Part shown: in pieces, positions 28,858 through 39,635 of the stretch
Layout: every line of letters starts with the position of its first letter
Position numbering within the stretch: position 1 is the stretch's first letter
Assembly: GCA_036679605.1 (NCBI GenBank)
Contig: JAZDCZ010000324.1
Location: 64,001 to 128,000 of the forward strand
Direction of reading: 5' to 3'
DNA: 64,000 nt
Origin: Gemmatimonadota bacterium
GTDB taxonomy: Bacteria > Gemmatimonadota > Gemmatimonadetes > Gemmatimonadales > GWC2-71-9
Translations under genes and position numbers: made by a program
The notes under the pieces: model-generated
The model's database searches: none
What the model was told of the DNA's origin: nothing
What the model saw: the letters and a program-made list of their open reading frames with translations, nothing else

Positions 28858-29352
28858 ATGCGAAGTTCCAGATGGATCCTGATACTGGCATGCTCGTCTG
28901 CTCTGGCGTGTTCACCGCCGAACGTGTCATTGCGTGAGCAGGGATTGATTCAACAGGCTGTCGAGGGGCAGCTCAATTCGTGGGTACGCGCAATCAACAA
29001 TAGAGAGATCGATTCCGTTCTGACGTTTTACCGTCATTCCCCAGAGCTGACCGTTGTTTGGGCCGACGGGCAGGTATTACATGGATGGAATGAGCACGAA
29101 ACGGTGTTGAACGAACGCTTCGGTAGCATCGAGCGCATAAATTTCGTCAAGCAAAATGTCACGGTCGAAATCCTGAGCGGAGATTTCGCCATCGCGACCT
29201 TCCGTCATTCGCTCGATATAGTGAACACTGGAGGTGTCAGGCAGAGTCCGGCTTCGGGCTCGGTAACCATTCTTTGGGCTCGAGATTCGGGCGACAACTC
29301 GTGGAAGATCCACACGCAGCACGTTTCCGTGAAGCCTCCGAGTGCTAACTGA
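28858..29352 (+). CDS. NTF2/SnoaL-like (DUF4440/YybH) lipoprotein
   Basis: Lipobox-like 'ALAC'; 'WVRAINNREID', 'WKIHTQHVS'. Confidence 0.75.
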   Translation: MRSSRWILILACSSALACSPPNVSLREQGLIQQAVEGQLNSWVRAINNREIDSVLTFYRHSPELTVVWADGQVLHGWNEHETVLNERFGSIERINFVKQNVTVEILSGDFAIATFRHSLDIVNTGGVRQSPASGSVTILWARDSGDNSWKIHTQHVSVKPPSAN

Positions 29353-29472
29353 CTGTTTTGAGCGCGAAGTTCGACTCTCCCGACCCAACACTTGTGGCCT
29401 AATGGAGCCGCGTATTCCTGGGCAAGCTATTGTCTTATCGGAAGTTAGTTCTTATTGTGTTGCGACCTTCCA

Positions 29473-30606
29473 ATGGAGGCCCGGCCGGTGTCGGACCCCT
29501 TCTTAAGTTCAGACGAGTACAGTGAGCGGGCGCATGACCTGTATAATGCGGGGCGCTACCAGGCTGCGCTCCGCGTCCTAAAGGACGGATTGGAGCTTTA
29601 CCCGTTCTCGCTGGACCTACATGTCGGTGCAGCATATGCTCGTTTGGCCAGAGACGAGTTTGCGTGGGCCCGCCGGAGCTTCGAGGAAGCCCTCGCTCTG
29701 GATCCGGATCATGAGGAAGCACTTGCAGGACTAGGTGAAACCCTTCTGAAGTTGGGAGAGCGGGCTGCTGCTCTCCGGTGCTTCGACCGGATATTGGTCC
29801 TGGGCTTTCGAGAGGACCATGACCTAATGCTTCAGGTGGGTCGTGCATTGTTCCGCGAGAATATGATCGATCATGCCCGCGGTTTCTTTGAAATAGCGGT
29901 GGATTGCCATCCGGATTCGTCGGAAGCTGCTGGGTGCCTGGGGTATTCCGCCCATCGACTGGGTGATGAGGACGGATCGCTCTACTGGTTGCGGAGAGCG
30001 CTGGATCTCGATTCCACCCATGCGGAAGCTAGGATCTACCTTGGCAATCTACTGTACGATCGAGGTGAATACGAAGCCGCGCTGTTCCATTTTGGGCGCA
30101 CTAGCCCCATTGACCATATAGACGAACTCGCGGTTTGGCGGTTGCTGGAACTCAAGAAGTCGGTCTGTCGGCTACCGGCTGACGATCCCGAACTCAAACC
30201 CTGGTCGGCCCGTCTCGTGGAGTTGGCCGACAACAGCGATCCCATCGAGCGGCTCCTCGCTGAAGTAGAGGCCACACAGACCGACGGCACGATCAGAGAT
30301 CCTCGACAGCTGGAATTATTCGGTACGCTCCTAACCGAGCTGCAAGGCATGAAGCTCCGACGCAATACAGGTGACCCACACCGGGTGAAGGCTACCAATG
30401 GCGTAACCTACGCGGGCGCTTGGGAAGAGATCATACTGCAAATGAAAATGGACGATCGTGAACTTAGTGAATCGTCCATGGACCAATATATGCTCTGGGT
30501 GGCGCGCCGCAGTCGTAGTGAAACCGGTCGGGCGATCCCGCTAACCGATGCCGAGAGCTTTATTCGCGGCGCTGCTGCGGCCGGGCTACTGACGATTATT
30601 GGGTAA
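29473..30606 (+). CDS. Tetratricopeptide repeat protein
   Basis: Several TPR motifs ('ALALDPDHEEALAGLGETLLKLG', 'ARIYLGNLLYDRGEYEAA'). Confidence 0.85.
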   Translation: MEARPVSDPFLSSDEYSERAHDLYNAGRYQAALRVLKDGLELYPFSLDLHVGAAYARLARDEFAWARRSFEEALALDPDHEEALAGLGETLLKLGERAAALRCFDRILVLGFREDHDLMLQVGRALFRENMIDHARGFFEIAVDCHPDSSEAAGCLGYSAHRLGDEDGSLYWLRRALDLDSTHAEARIYLGNLLYDRGEYEAALFHFGRTSPIDHIDELAVWRLLELKKSVCRLPADDPELKPWSARLVELADNSDPIERLLAEVEATQTDGTIRDPRQLELFGTLLTELQGMKLRRNTGDPHRVKATNGVTYAGAWEEIILQMKMDDRELSESSMDQYMLWVARRSRSETGRAIPLTDAESFIRGAAAAGLLTIIG

Positions 30607-30727
30607 TCGCTTCGAGCTGAGGCAACCCACACAACTGCAGTTCCCGGCCCCTATTCCCACTTCCCCATAGCCACGAGACCGATAACGACACGGGCGTTGC
30701 TGCTGCGCACCCAATTATGTTTGTCTG

Positions 30728-33331
30728 ATGTCATGGACGACTGATGTAGTCAAAAGAGTTCTTCCCAACGGACTAACCGTGTTGGTACAGCCGGACACGT
30801 CCGCCTCCGTCGTAGCCGTAGTAACGCACGTAAAGGCCGGGTACTTCGACGAACCGGATGAGTGGGTTGGCATCGCGCACGTTCTGGAGCACATGTTCTT
30901 CAAGGGAACCGCACGCCGGAAACCTGGCGAGATCGCTCGTGATACCCAGCTGATGGGCGGCTATCTCAATGCGGCGACGATTTATGACAAGACGATCTAT
31001 TACACGGTCCTGCCTTCCGCTGAGAGAGGTCTGGCGCAGGCACTGGACGTTCAGTCGGACGCCCTGATCAATGCCGCACTCGATTCCGGTGAACTGGAAC
31101 GTGAGCTAGAGGTGATCATCCAGGAGGCAAAGCGGAAGCTCGACTCGCCCCACTCAGTGGCGGGGGAGACACTCTATCAGTTGTTGTTCTCGAAGCACAG
31201 GATGCGACGCTGGAGAATCGGTACCGAGGACGGACTGAGAAGTCTGACGGCAGATGACCTCCGTTCTTATTACACGTCCCGTTACACACCAAACCGGGTG
31301 ATTGTCGGAATGGTTGGAAATCTGGATGTTGAGGAAGCCTTACGGCTCGCAGAAGAATACTACGGCGAGTGGGATCGGGCCGAGACGGTCGTGGGACGTT
31401 CGCCGGAGGAGACGGATCAGATTCAGCCCAAGACACGAGTGGTGAACGGAGATGTAACTCGCCCGCTCGCAGTGGTCGGGTGGCGGACGGTGGGTGCGTT
31501 GCATGAATGGACGCCGGCGCTGGATGTTGCGGCCGTCGTGCTGGGCAATGGGAGAGGATCGCGACTGTACCGCGGGGTTCGGTTGGAGGGACTAGCAAAT
31601 TCAATAGGGTCGTCGCACTACACGCCGACGGAAGTTGGCGTCTTCGACATTTTCTTGGAGGGTGACTCAGACACCTTCGATGATGCGGTCGAGCGAAGCG
31701 TGCGGATTGTGAGTCACTTGATCGAGCGTGGCGCTGACGACAGCGAATTGGAGAGAGCCCGCGCCCTGGTCGCGACTAGATGGGCACGGCAATTCGAGTC
31801 CATGGACGGACGAGCTGGAGCACTTTGTGAAGCCGAGGCGCTTGGTGGCTATGAGTTGGCAGACGATCTCTACAGCCGAACGATGGAGGTCACTGCCGGT
31901 GATGTGAGGGAGGCTGCGGCGATGTACCTTCGCTCTGCTGACGCCTCTGCGGTTTTCTATCTTCCCGACGGGATGACAACCAGCGTTGCGAACGGAGGGT
32001 GGCCTCTGGGTGCATCAAGCTATGATCTCGGCCGACCGGGATCGGTACCTGCACCCGACGGCCAACGAAGGGCACGAGCCGAATCTACCGAGCTGATGGA
32101 CGTCGGTGGTGTGATCCACTATCCGCTTCCGGGAATCGACCTCCTGGTATGTCCCAAGCGCGGCGCGGGCCTGGCCTCGATAACATTGCGTATACCCGGC
32201 GTACCCGGCATGGAAACCGTGGGCAATGCTGGAGTATCTAGTCTCCTCGTTCGAGCGGCACTCAAGGGTGCAGGCGGAATGACAGGAGATGAACTAGCCC
32301 AAGCCGCCGAGTTGTTGGGAGGAGGGATTAGGCCGGCTGCGTCTGTGGATGGTTTGGGCTGGACAGTGAGCGTTCGGGCGGATTCCGCGCGCGCGGCCGC
32401 CGGACTCCTTCGGTCCGTTGCCCTCGAACCGACCCTGAAGAGCGATGACATAGCGGTGGAGCGAACGCTTCAGGCGGGGGATGCACGTCGGCTGAGAGAT
32501 GACATGTATGGCCATCCTACCCGGCGTGTATTGGCCAAAGCATACGAGCCAGATGCGTACGGGCTTCCAATGCTCGGAGATCCTCACACAGTCGAGGAGA
32601 TAACTGACGACGAGGTCCGATCTTGGCAGACAAGACTCTGCCGCAGCCGAGCGGTAGCTATAGTAGTCGGTGATCTCGATGTCGAGGAACTGCGGGACGC
32701 GCTGGAACCGTTGAGCGACTGGCCCGCGCCGTCCGAAACGGTGTACCCCCTCGCGACCTCTCCTCTATTTCACGAAGGTGTTGGTTTCGAACATCGAAAA
32801 AAAGAGCAGAGCGCGCTCGCTATGGCATTCCCTGCTGAGTCGGGAGGGTCTTCCGATCGACATGGAATAGTCGTCATGTGTGCCCTGTTGAGCGGCCTTG
32901 CCGGCCGACTATTCGACGAACTTCGGGAGAGGAGATCTCTAGCGTATACCGTTGCCGCCACACCTTGGCTCAAAAAGAGGGCCGGTACCGTCATCACCTA
33001 CATCGCGACATCTCCTGATCGTGAGGAGGAAGCGCACGATGCCATGCTTGCTGAATTGGAGCGATTGGCGTCAGAGGTGGTACCTGATGGCGAATTGGCG
33101 CGCGCACGAAACTATGCGGCCGGTCTGGTTGAGATACGTAGGCAGAGTGGGGCGTCGGTAGTCGATGAGATTCTACGGGCGCGGATCAACGGTACGATCG
33201 AAGGATATGTTGAAACGCCGCAAAGATTGAGGAACGTCACCGCGGAGGACGTTTACAGACTGTCGGCTACGGTGTTCGGAGGCGGTAAACGGGCGGAGTA
33301 TGTTGTCAGGGGCGGCGTTAAGGGCGAGTAA
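30728..33331 (+). CDS. M16 family (pitrilysin-like) zinc peptidase, fused two-half type
   Basis: 'LPNGL', HxxEH 'HVLEHMFFKGT', C-terminal half 'RERRSLAY'. Confidence 0.9.
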   Translation: MSWTTDVVKRVLPNGLTVLVQPDTSASVVAVVTHVKAGYFDEPDEWVGIAHVLEHMFFKGTARRKPGEIARDTQLMGGYLNAATIYDKTIYYTVLPSAERGLAQALDVQSDALINAALDSGELERELEVIIQEAKRKLDSPHSVAGETLYQLLFSKHRMRRWRIGTEDGLRSLTADDLRSYYTSRYTPNRVIVGMVGNLDVEEALRLAEEYYGEWDRAETVVGRSPEETDQIQPKTRVVNGDVTRPLAVVGWRTVGALHEWTPALDVAAVVLGNGRGSRLYRGVRLEGLANSIGSSHYTPTEVGVFDIFLEGDSDTFDDAVERSVRIVSHLIERGADDSELERARALVATRWARQFESMDGRAGALCEAEALGGYELADDLYSRTMEVTAGDVREAAAMYLRSADASAVFYLPDGMTTSVANGGWPLGASSYDLGRPGSVPAPDGQRRARAESTELMDVGGVIHYPLPGIDLLVCPKRGAGLASITLRIPGVPGMETVGNAGVSSLLVRAALKGAGGMTGDELAQAAELLGGGIRPAASVDGLGWTVSVRADSARAAAGLLRSVALEPTLKSDDIAVERTLQAGDARRLRDDMYGHPTRRVLAKAYEPDAYGLPMLGDPHTVEEITDDEVRSWQTRLCRSRAVAIVVGDLDVEELRDALEPLSDWPAPSETVYPLATSPLFHEGVGFEHRKKEQSALAMAFPAESGGSSDRHGIVVMCALLSGLAGRLFDELRERRSLAYTVAATPWLKKRAGTVITYIATSPDREEEAHDAMLAELERLASEVVPDGELARARNYAAGLVEIRRQSGASVVDEILRARINGTIEGYVETPQRLRNVTAEDVYRLSATVFGGGKRAEYVVRGGVKGE

Positions 33332-33358
33332 TCCCGGCGGCCGACGTGCCGTGGTTGG

Positions 33359-33817
33359 TCAGAACATCGACATTGCAAGGAACGAGCGTAGGTTGTCGTT
33401 TGTGATCCGCAGCCTGCTGCAGAGAAGACGTATGACGGACCAAAGAATCTTGTATCCGAGGTCACGATCGAAATCGATAAGCATTTCGAAGTCGGACCGC
33501 GTGATAGTCAGGAGCACGCAGTCTTTGTTTGCGATGGCATCGGTTGATCGTGTTGAGCGATCGAGCACCGCCATTTCTCCGAAACATGCACCGGGCTTGA
33601 GAACTGCGAGCGCCTCCTCTCCAGATCCGGGAACCTGGCGAGATATGCGCACTTCTCCGTCAGAGATGATATAGAGGCGGTTTCCGGGCTCGCTCTCTTT
33701 GAAGATTGTTTGTCCGAACTTGAACTCCGCCGGCATACAGATTTCGGCGACGCGCTCTAGCTCACTCTTGTCGAGATCCGAAAAGATCGCAGCGTTTTTT
33801 AAGAGGTCGAGGTCCAT
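33359..33817 (-). CDS. Stand-alone cyclic nucleotide-binding domain protein
   Basis: 'LYIISDGEV', 'FGEMAVLD...RST'; no HTH. Confidence 0.88.
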   Translation of the reverse strand: MDLDLLKNAAIFSDLDKSELERVAEICMPAEFKFGQTIFKESEPGNRLYIISDGEVRISRQVPGSGEEALAVLKPGACFGEMAVLDRSTRSTDAIANKDCVLLTITRSDFEMLIDFDRDLGYKILWSVIRLLCSRLRITNDNLRSFLAMSMF

Positions 33818-33891
33818 TGAGTGCTCCGCAGCAGGCTGTATCTGACAGCCTTGAAGCTACAGATCCTGTAGAAACTCGGCAAGCCAAGCGC

Positions 33892-34407
33892 TTGGTTGGA
33901 AGTCCGGATATTCTGACAGGGCTTCGGATTCCGTTGACGATCGCCTTTCTCCTTGTCGAGCACGCGGGCGTGCGGTTCGCGATTCTCGTGATCGTAGGTG
34001 CGACGGACGTGGCCGATGGAATTTTGGCGCGCCGGATTGGCGGATCGCGATTGGGAACGGTTCTGGATCCCGTTGCTGACAAGCTCTTTATGGCAGCGGC
34101 TTTTTGGGTCGTTTTTCGAAGCGGACTCATTTCACCCATCGAGATCCTTGGTGTGTTGCTTCGAGACTTTGTGGCCGCTCTCAGTTTCTTGGGGACTGTG
34201 GTTCTCCGACGGGCGAAGACGCTTCCCGCCCGGGCTGGAGGAAAGGCGGTAACGGTCTGCCAGGGACTGACGCTTGTAGCGTTCCTCGCCGCGTCAGATC
34301 TCCTAAGGCCGCTGGCGTGGGCCACTGCGGCGATTTCGTTGTATGCTATCGCAGACTACGTGAAGTTGGGCTTGGCGGGCGAGCAACGCGATGGTGAACC
34401 TAGGTAA
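33892..34407 (+). CDS. CDP-alcohol phosphatidyltransferase family protein
   Basis: 'TDVADGILAR...LG..LDPVADK' motif; start uncertain (TTG 33892 chosen). Confidence 0.85.
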   Translation: MVGSPDILTGLRIPLTIAFLLVEHAGVRFAILVIVGATDVADGILARRIGGSRLGTVLDPVADKLFMAAAFWVVFRSGLISPIEILGVLLRDFVAALSFLGTVVLRRAKTLPARAGGKAVTVCQGLTLVAFLAASDLLRPLAWATAAISLYAIADYVKLGLAGEQRDGEPR

Positions 34408-34430
34408 CTCGAGGGGAGAGCTGAGAGACA

Positions 34431-34847
34431 GTGTCCGACACGCGAGCGGTTCGATTGGAGTGGTGTGGAACGGGACTTCGATTTCGCGGTGGTGGCAGCG
34501 ATCCGGAAACGCCCGCTATCGACATAGATGGTGACGGCCAGTCGGGACCGAGTCCCATGATCATGTTGTTGTTGGCATGCGCTGGATGCACAGCGTCCGA
34601 CGTAATCTCGATGCTACAAAAAATGCGTGTCGCTGTGGAGACCCTCACGGTGGATGTGACTGGGAAACGGCGAAGGGAAGATCCCAAGAGATATGAAGAA
34701 CTGAGACTGCGATACCTCATTGGCGGCAAAGGCCTTGATCCATCGAAAGCAGAACGAGCGGTCCGTCTATCGTTGGAGAAATATTGCTCGGTCATCCACT
34801 CGCTTGCTCCCGACGTTAACGTGGCTCACGAGATCGAACTTGTGTAA
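34431..34847 (+). CDS. OsmC/YhfA family protein
   Basis: 'GPSPM', 'AGCTASDV', 'LSLEKYCSV'. Confidence 0.88.
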   Translation: MSDTRAVRLEWCGTGLRFRGGGSDPETPAIDIDGDGQSGPSPMIMLLLACAGCTASDVISMLQKMRVAVETLTVDVTGKRRREDPKRYEELRLRYLIGGKGLDPSKAERAVRLSLEKYCSVIHSLAPDVNVAHEIELV

Positions 34848-35298
34848 ATCGGTGTCACTGGTTGCTGTCATCCTGCTCTTCAGCAGGAGTACTGCTGCTT
34901 CCCAATCCCTGGAGGGGCAGCTGCAAGGTGTCACAAATGTAGGAGCAGATGAGTTTGTAGGGGCAGGTGCTGGCCTGAACTTGAGGACGGCCGGTCGAAC
35001 GCGGCTGGGGTTCGCGGCAAGTCTGGGCGTGTTGGAGGGTAATACCTCGTTCCGAACAGAGGCGCTGGTTTCGTACAGCCTCAGTTCTCTCCGGCGACGT
35101 GGCCTGTCGCCCTATCTGGGTGGAGGTGTTGCGCTCAGCTTCACGAATAGTCTAAGCCGCCAGTATCTGGTAGTGTTGGTAGGTGTGGACTGGAACCCCG
35201 GCACCAGGGTCGGCTGGTTTCTAGAGGGTGGCGTTGGAGGGGGTTTCAGGTTTGCCGCAGGTGCTCGGTTTCGGCGGAAAGAGGTTCGGGTTCGTTAG
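34840..35298 (+). CDS. Hypothetical exported small beta-barrel-like protein
   Basis: Signal peptide; alternating beta pattern, 'SPYLGGGV', 'WFLEGGVGGGFRF'. Confidence 0.55.
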   Translation: MCKSVSLVAVILLFSRSTAASQSLEGQLQGVTNVGADEFVGAGAGLNLRTAGRTRLGFAASLGVLEGNTSFRTEALVSYSLSSLRRRGLSPYLGGGVALSFTNSLSRQYLVVLVGVDWNPGTRVGWFLEGGVGGGFRFAAGARFRRKEVRVR

Positions 35299-35564
35299 GT
35301 CGTTGCAGCGCCAACGGCTCCGTCGCCACGCTGGATTACGGGCTGACAGTAACGCTCACCCAACGACCGGATGGTGCCAAGTTCGTTTTTCGATAGGTTC
35401 GAGTAGCGCTCAGCGAGGTAGTCCATGGTGTCATCGAACCATTCCTTCTGGTGCTCGGGCTCGGCCCGCAGGACCTCGCACTGGAGGATGTGGCTGAAGA
35501 GTTCGTTTCGGGCCTTGTCAAAAGGCTTGAAGGTGTCGTCCTTTGTGTATGTAGAGTTCGCCAC
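35295..35564 (-). CDS. Hypothetical protein (89 aa)
   Basis: AGGAG RBS before GTG; protein-like composition. Confidence 0.7.
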   Translation of the reverse strand: MANSTYTKDDTFKPFDKARNELFSHILQCEVLRAEPEHQKEWFDDTMDYLAERYSNLSKNELGTIRSLGERYCQPVIQRGDGAVGAATT

Positions 35565-35674
35565 TGCGGGACTGTTGCTCCTTTGATTTCTGAGTTTATG
35601 TAACCGTGAAATATACTATATGACCCTTGATTGGCGCAATTGAGATCACTGAGGACACTTGGGAGGTTCGCACC

Positions 35675-35968
35675 ATGACCGAGCCGGTTTACCACCCCGA
35701 GCGAGCGCGGCGTCTCATAGAGCTGCTGCGTAGCTTGGCTGCCAGGATCCAAGAACTGGCCAGCGAGGATGACGTGCTGTCCGCAGGGCCGGAGCTTATC
35801 AAATTGATGGGTGATGCTCGGAGTGAGTTGTTCCACTACGAGGTGCGGGCAACGTATGACACTCCTGAGGTGGCCGAGAGTAGACAGATTGTCGAACGGG
35901 CTCGCCGCCAGGAGGAGCAACTGGACTTTAGAGATGCTGAGGAGGATCTACCATGGCTGGGCAAGTGA
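35675..35968 (+). CDS. Hypothetical helical protein (97 aa)
   Basis: GGAGG RBS before ATG 35675. Confidence 0.7.
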   Translation: MTEPVYHPERARRLIELLRSLAARIQELASEDDVLSAGPELIKLMGDARSELFHYEVRATYDTPEVAESRQIVERARRQEEQLDFRDAEEDLPWLGK

Positions 35969-36630
35969 ACCTGAAACCCTTTTATCTGGCGCTCGCAGTC
36001 ATAGCGCTAGCCGGTGGCGGCTGGATCTGGCTGCAGGGTGCCCGGAGCAATAATGCGGTAACGCAAATTCTGGACGCACCCGTTCCGTTGGGCACCGCGG
36101 GTTTCCCCGGCTACGTCATGGGTAGTGACTCGGCCACGGTCGAGGTCGTAGAGTATGCTGATTTCCAATGTCCTGCATGCGCCAGCTTCGCTGTTCTCTC
36201 AGGTCCTGACATACGAGAGCGAATGGTCAACACGGGACTCATAAGGTGGAGATTTCGAGGCTTTCCGCTAGACGCGCACGACAAGTCGCCCCTTGCACAC
36301 CATGCGGCAGCGTGTGCCGATGAACAAGGCAAGTTTTGGGAGATGCACGACCAACTGTTCTTCAATCAAAGCGACTGGTCGTTTTCGAGTCGTCCTCTGC
36401 GGAAGTTCCGGGGCTATGCGGATGCCATCGGCCTTGACGCGGGTGCTTATGGCGACTGCATGTCAGAGGCGCGGTATGCGAGCCGGATTCAGGCAACGAA
36501 GCTTGAGATCATGCGATTGGGAATTCAGTCAACTCCGTCCTTCGACATTGGGCGAAACCGCATTTCCGGTGCGATCCCCTTCGACAGTCTCCAAGTTCTA
36601 GTAAAGGTGGCCGCGGGCGAAGCGCAGTGA
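35953..36630 (+). CDS. DsbA family thiol-disulfide oxidoreductase
   Basis: N-terminal TM; 'EYADFQCPAC', 'FWEMHDQLF', cis-Pro 'STPSF'. Confidence 0.9.
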   Translation: MAGQVNLKPFYLALAVIALAGGGWIWLQGARSNNAVTQILDAPVPLGTAGFPGYVMGSDSATVEVVEYADFQCPACASFAVLSGPDIRERMVNTGLIRWRFRGFPLDAHDKSPLAHHAAACADEQGKFWEMHDQLFFNQSDWSFSSRPLRKFRGYADAIGLDAGAYGDCMSEARYASRIQATKLEIMRLGIQSTPSFDIGRNRISGAIPFDSLQVLVKVAAGEAQ

Positions 36631-37070
36631 AGCACCGGATGGTGACGGCAGCGCTGTCGCTTGTAGGATTCTTGGTGTCATTCTATCTGTGGTTGTGGAA
36701 GCTGGGGTTGATGGGCCCGATGCTCTGCGGTACCGGGGGCTGTGAGACCGTTCAGCTGAGTGCCTTTGGGATGTTCATGGGTTTTCCCGTGGCGCTGTAT
36801 GGCGTGATAGGATATCTGGCTCTGTTGGTCGTGAGTTTGGTTGGGCTCCAACCGCGGTGGATAGGCAGCAGGGGACCCACTGTCTTGATAGCGGTGGTGG
36901 CCACGGTCGGGGTGGGGTTCGCAGGATACCTCACTTACTTGGAGGCGGCTGTGATCCACGCTTGGTGTCGGTGGTGCGTTACATCGGCACTGATTATCGT
37001 TGCGATACTGCTCACCGCCGCGGCCGGACTGCACAGCGGATATAGTGTGAACGGCGGTACCACAAACTAG
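36627..37070 (+). CDS. Vitamin K epoxide reductase (VKOR) family protein
   Basis: '[12 protein letters not shown]', 'GFPVALYG', 'WCRWC'. Confidence 0.9.
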   Translation: MKHRMVTAALSLVGFLVSFYLWLWKLGLMGPMLCGTGGCETVQLSAFGMFMGFPVALYGVIGYLALLVVSLVGLQPRWIGSRGPTVLIAVVATVGVGFAGYLTYLEAAVIHAWCRWCVTSALIIVAILLTAAAGLHSGYSVNGGTTN

Positions 37071-39025
37071 CTCTCTTCGTCCTCGTATTTGTCCTTCAGC
37101 TTCGCCACCACCGCCGGATCCGCTAACGTTGTCACGTCACCTAGCGTCCGGCCTGCAGCGATGTCCTTCAGTAGTCGGCGCATGATCTTGCCGCTCCGAG
37201 TCTTTGGAAGATCGGCAGCAAATACGATGTCCTCCGGCCGGGCGATCGCACCGATTTTCTTGACGACGTGCTGTTTCAGTTCGTCTACTAGCGAGGCTGC
37301 ATGATCGTACCCGGAACGCAGGATCACGAACGCCGAGATGACTTGACCCTTCAATTCGTGGGGCTTGCCAACGACAGCAGCTTCCGCAACCGCTGGATGG
37401 GCTACTAGAGCGCTCTCGACTTCCATCGTTCCTATGCGGTGTCCGGCGACGTTGAGTACGTCATCGACTCGTCCCAAGATCCAGAAATAGCCGTCTTCGT
37501 CTTTCTTGGCTCCATCACCGGCGAAATAGTATCCGGGATAGCGACTCCAATACTCTTTTCTATACCGTTTGTCGTCGCCGTAAATGGTGCGCAGCATACC
37601 GGGCCAGGGCTTGCTGATCACAAGGTAGCCGCCGCCTACCTTGATGGGCTTACCGTCTCCGTCCAACAACTCTGCGCTAATTCCTGGGAACGGTCTGGTC
37701 GCCGAGCCCGGTTTGGTGGTCGTTACGCCCGGCAATGGGGTGATCATTATCCCCCCGGTTTCGGTCTGCCACCATGTGTCCACGATTGGGCAACGTTTTC
37801 CACCGATGTAACGGTTGTACCAGATCCATGCTTCTGGGTTGATTGGTTCTCCGACCGTACCGAGCAGTCTGAGCGTAGATAGATCATGCTGTTGCGGAAA
37901 CTTGCGACCCCACTTCATGAATGCGCGAATAGCCGTGGGTGCGGTGTAAAAAATCGTAACTCCGTATCGCTCCACGATATCCCAGAACCGATTCTTCTCG
38001 GGCCAATCGGGTGAGCCCTCGTACATCACCGTAGTTGCACCGAGGGCCAGCGGTCCGTAAACGATGTACGTGTGTCCGGTAACCCATCCGACGTCGGCGG
38101 AGCACCAGTACACGTCATCGTCCTTCAGGTCGAAGACCCAACGTGTAGTAGCGACGGCTTGTGTTAGATAGCCTCCGGTGGTGTGAACTATTCCCTTCGG
38201 TTTACCGGTTGTGCCCGAGGTGTACAGCACGAAGAGCATGTCCTCGGCATCCATTACGGCGGGTTTGCAGTAAGTCTTTGCCCCCGCCATTAGGTCGTGG
38301 TACCAGTGGTCTCGTCCGCTGCACATGTCAACGGATGAGTCTTCGTTATCCGTCTGCAACTGTCGGCGGACGACTACCACATCGGTTATGGAGGCTGTGT
38401 TCTTCAGTGCCTCGTCCACGTTGTGTTTGAGAGGGACCTTTTGGCCACGGCGATACCCGAAGTCTGCGGTAACGACAATCTTGGCCTCGGCGTCGTTGAT
38501 GCGACCGCTCAACGAATCTGCGGAGAAGCCCCCGAATACGACCGAATGCGGTGCTCCGATTCGCGCGCATGCCAGCATCGCGACTACGACCTCCGGGATC
38601 ATCGGCATGTAGATCGCTACGCGATCTCCGCGCCTCACCCCCAGAGACTTGAGCACATTCGCAAACTGGTTGACCTCTCTGTAAAGCTCCCAGTACGTGA
38701 TGACTCTCTTGTCGCCGGGCTCGCCCTCCCAGAGCAGAGCGACCTTGTTGCGTGTGGCCGTCCTAACGTGTCGGTCGAGACAGTTCACTGACGCATTGAT
38801 CTTGCCTCCCACGAACCACTTGGCATGCGGCGCTTTCCACTTGAGGACCTGTTTCCACGGTTTGATCCAGTCGAGTTGGCGTGCTTGCTTCGCCCAGAAA
38901 CGTAGGCGCGCACTCGACGCTTCCCGGTGGATGGTTTTCGATCGGATATTGGCCCTCTGTTTGAAGTCCTTTGGTGGCGGGAAAGAACGGGTTTCGCTCA
39001 GTAGGGTGTCGATTCGTTCCGTCAA
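37067..39025 (-). CDS. acs: Acetyl-CoA synthetase
   Basis: '[11 protein letters not shown]', '[10 protein letters not shown]', '[12 protein letters not shown]'. Confidence 0.97.
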   Translation of the reverse strand: MTERIDTLLSETRSFPPPKDFKQRANIRSKTIHREASSARLRFWAKQARQLDWIKPWKQVLKWKAPHAKWFVGGKINASVNCLDRHVRTATRNKVALLWEGEPGDKRVITYWELYREVNQFANVLKSLGVRRGDRVAIYMPMIPEVVVAMLACARIGAPHSVVFGGFSADSLSGRINDAEAKIVVTADFGYRRGQKVPLKHNVDEALKNTASITDVVVVRRQLQTDNEDSSVDMCSGRDHWYHDLMAGAKTYCKPAVMDAEDMLFVLYTSGTTGKPKGIVHTTGGYLTQAVATTRWVFDLKDDDVYWCSADVGWVTGHTYIVYGPLALGATTVMYEGSPDWPEKNRFWDIVERYGVTIFYTAPTAIRAFMKWGRKFPQQHDLSTLRLLGTVGEPINPEAWIWYNRYIGGKRCPIVDTWWQTETGGIMITPLPGVTTTKPGSATRPFPGISAELLDGDGKPIKVGGGYLVISKPWPGMLRTIYGDDKRYRKEYWSRYPGYYFAGDGAKKDEDGYFWILGRVDDVLNVAGHRIGTMEVESALVAHPAVAEAAVVGKPHELKGQVISAFVILRSGYDHAASLVDELKQHVVKKIGAIARPEDIVFAADLPKTRSGKIMRRLLKDIAAGRTLGDVTTLADPAVVAKLKDKYEDEES

Positions 39026-39155
39026 GGAAGCCTCCGTCGCTCCGGATGAGACCGTCTGGTAACAGGGGTTATTCGGGGTTCATATTTAACTTGGTTTTGA
39101 CCATCGGCGCCATGGCATATGACGTGTCTCCCTGCGAAGTGCTAGAGTCCGGCTA

Positions 39156-39171
39156 GGTGATGTACCTCACA
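39156..39171. promoter_or_regulatory. CRP/FNR-family-like binding site
   Basis: GGTGA-TGTACC-TCACA; 9/10 match to TGTGA-N6-TCACA in the acs/STAS divergent intergenic region. Confidence 0.45.
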
Positions 39172-39308
39172 TGTCTATCAGTAAGCCCTGACGTGTCAAC
39201 GTCTTACAATGTTGTAACCGACTCTTGCTTCTGTGGAAGCACCGGTGCCCGTTTGATAGTCTATGGGAATCGTTGGGGCAGGACATGAATTCTTGTATTG
39301 ACTGGGAG

Positions 39309-39635
39309 ATGCCAGTTGTGACTAAATCGACTGGAGGCAACCGGGTAGTGGTTGCTCCTGAGGAACTCGGTCTGGATTCTCGGATGGTGTTTCGTCGCGA
39401 GGCATTAGAGGCGCTCGAGGTGATGTCGTCTGGCGCGCATGCGCTCGAGATCGATTTTTCCTCCACGCGCTCGATGGACAGTTCCGGGCTGGGCGCACTC
39501 ATTGTCGTTCAGCGGAAGGCCGCCGAATACCAAGTGTCAGTCCGACTGCGCGGACTCAGTCAGGAACTCAGATTTCTCCTCGCGTTGACTAAGTTGGAGG
39601 ATCTCTTCGAGATCGATATAGCAGAAGAGGTCTAA
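39309..39635 (+). CDS. STAS domain anti-sigma factor antagonist
   Basis: 'IDFS', phosphorylation motif 'MDSSGLGAL', 'LTKLEDLF'; start uncertain. Confidence 0.85.
   Translation: MPVVTKSTGGNRVVVAPEELGLDSRMVFRREALEALEVMSSGAHALEIDFSSTRSMDSSGLGALIVVQRKAAEYQVSVRLRGLSQELRFLLALTKLEDLFEIDIAEEV

Noticed and set aside
33817..33891. Apparent zero-gap head-to-head start of the cNMP and CDP-alcohol transferase genes
   Set aside because: Likely an over-extended ORF call; family similarity begins around 33892.
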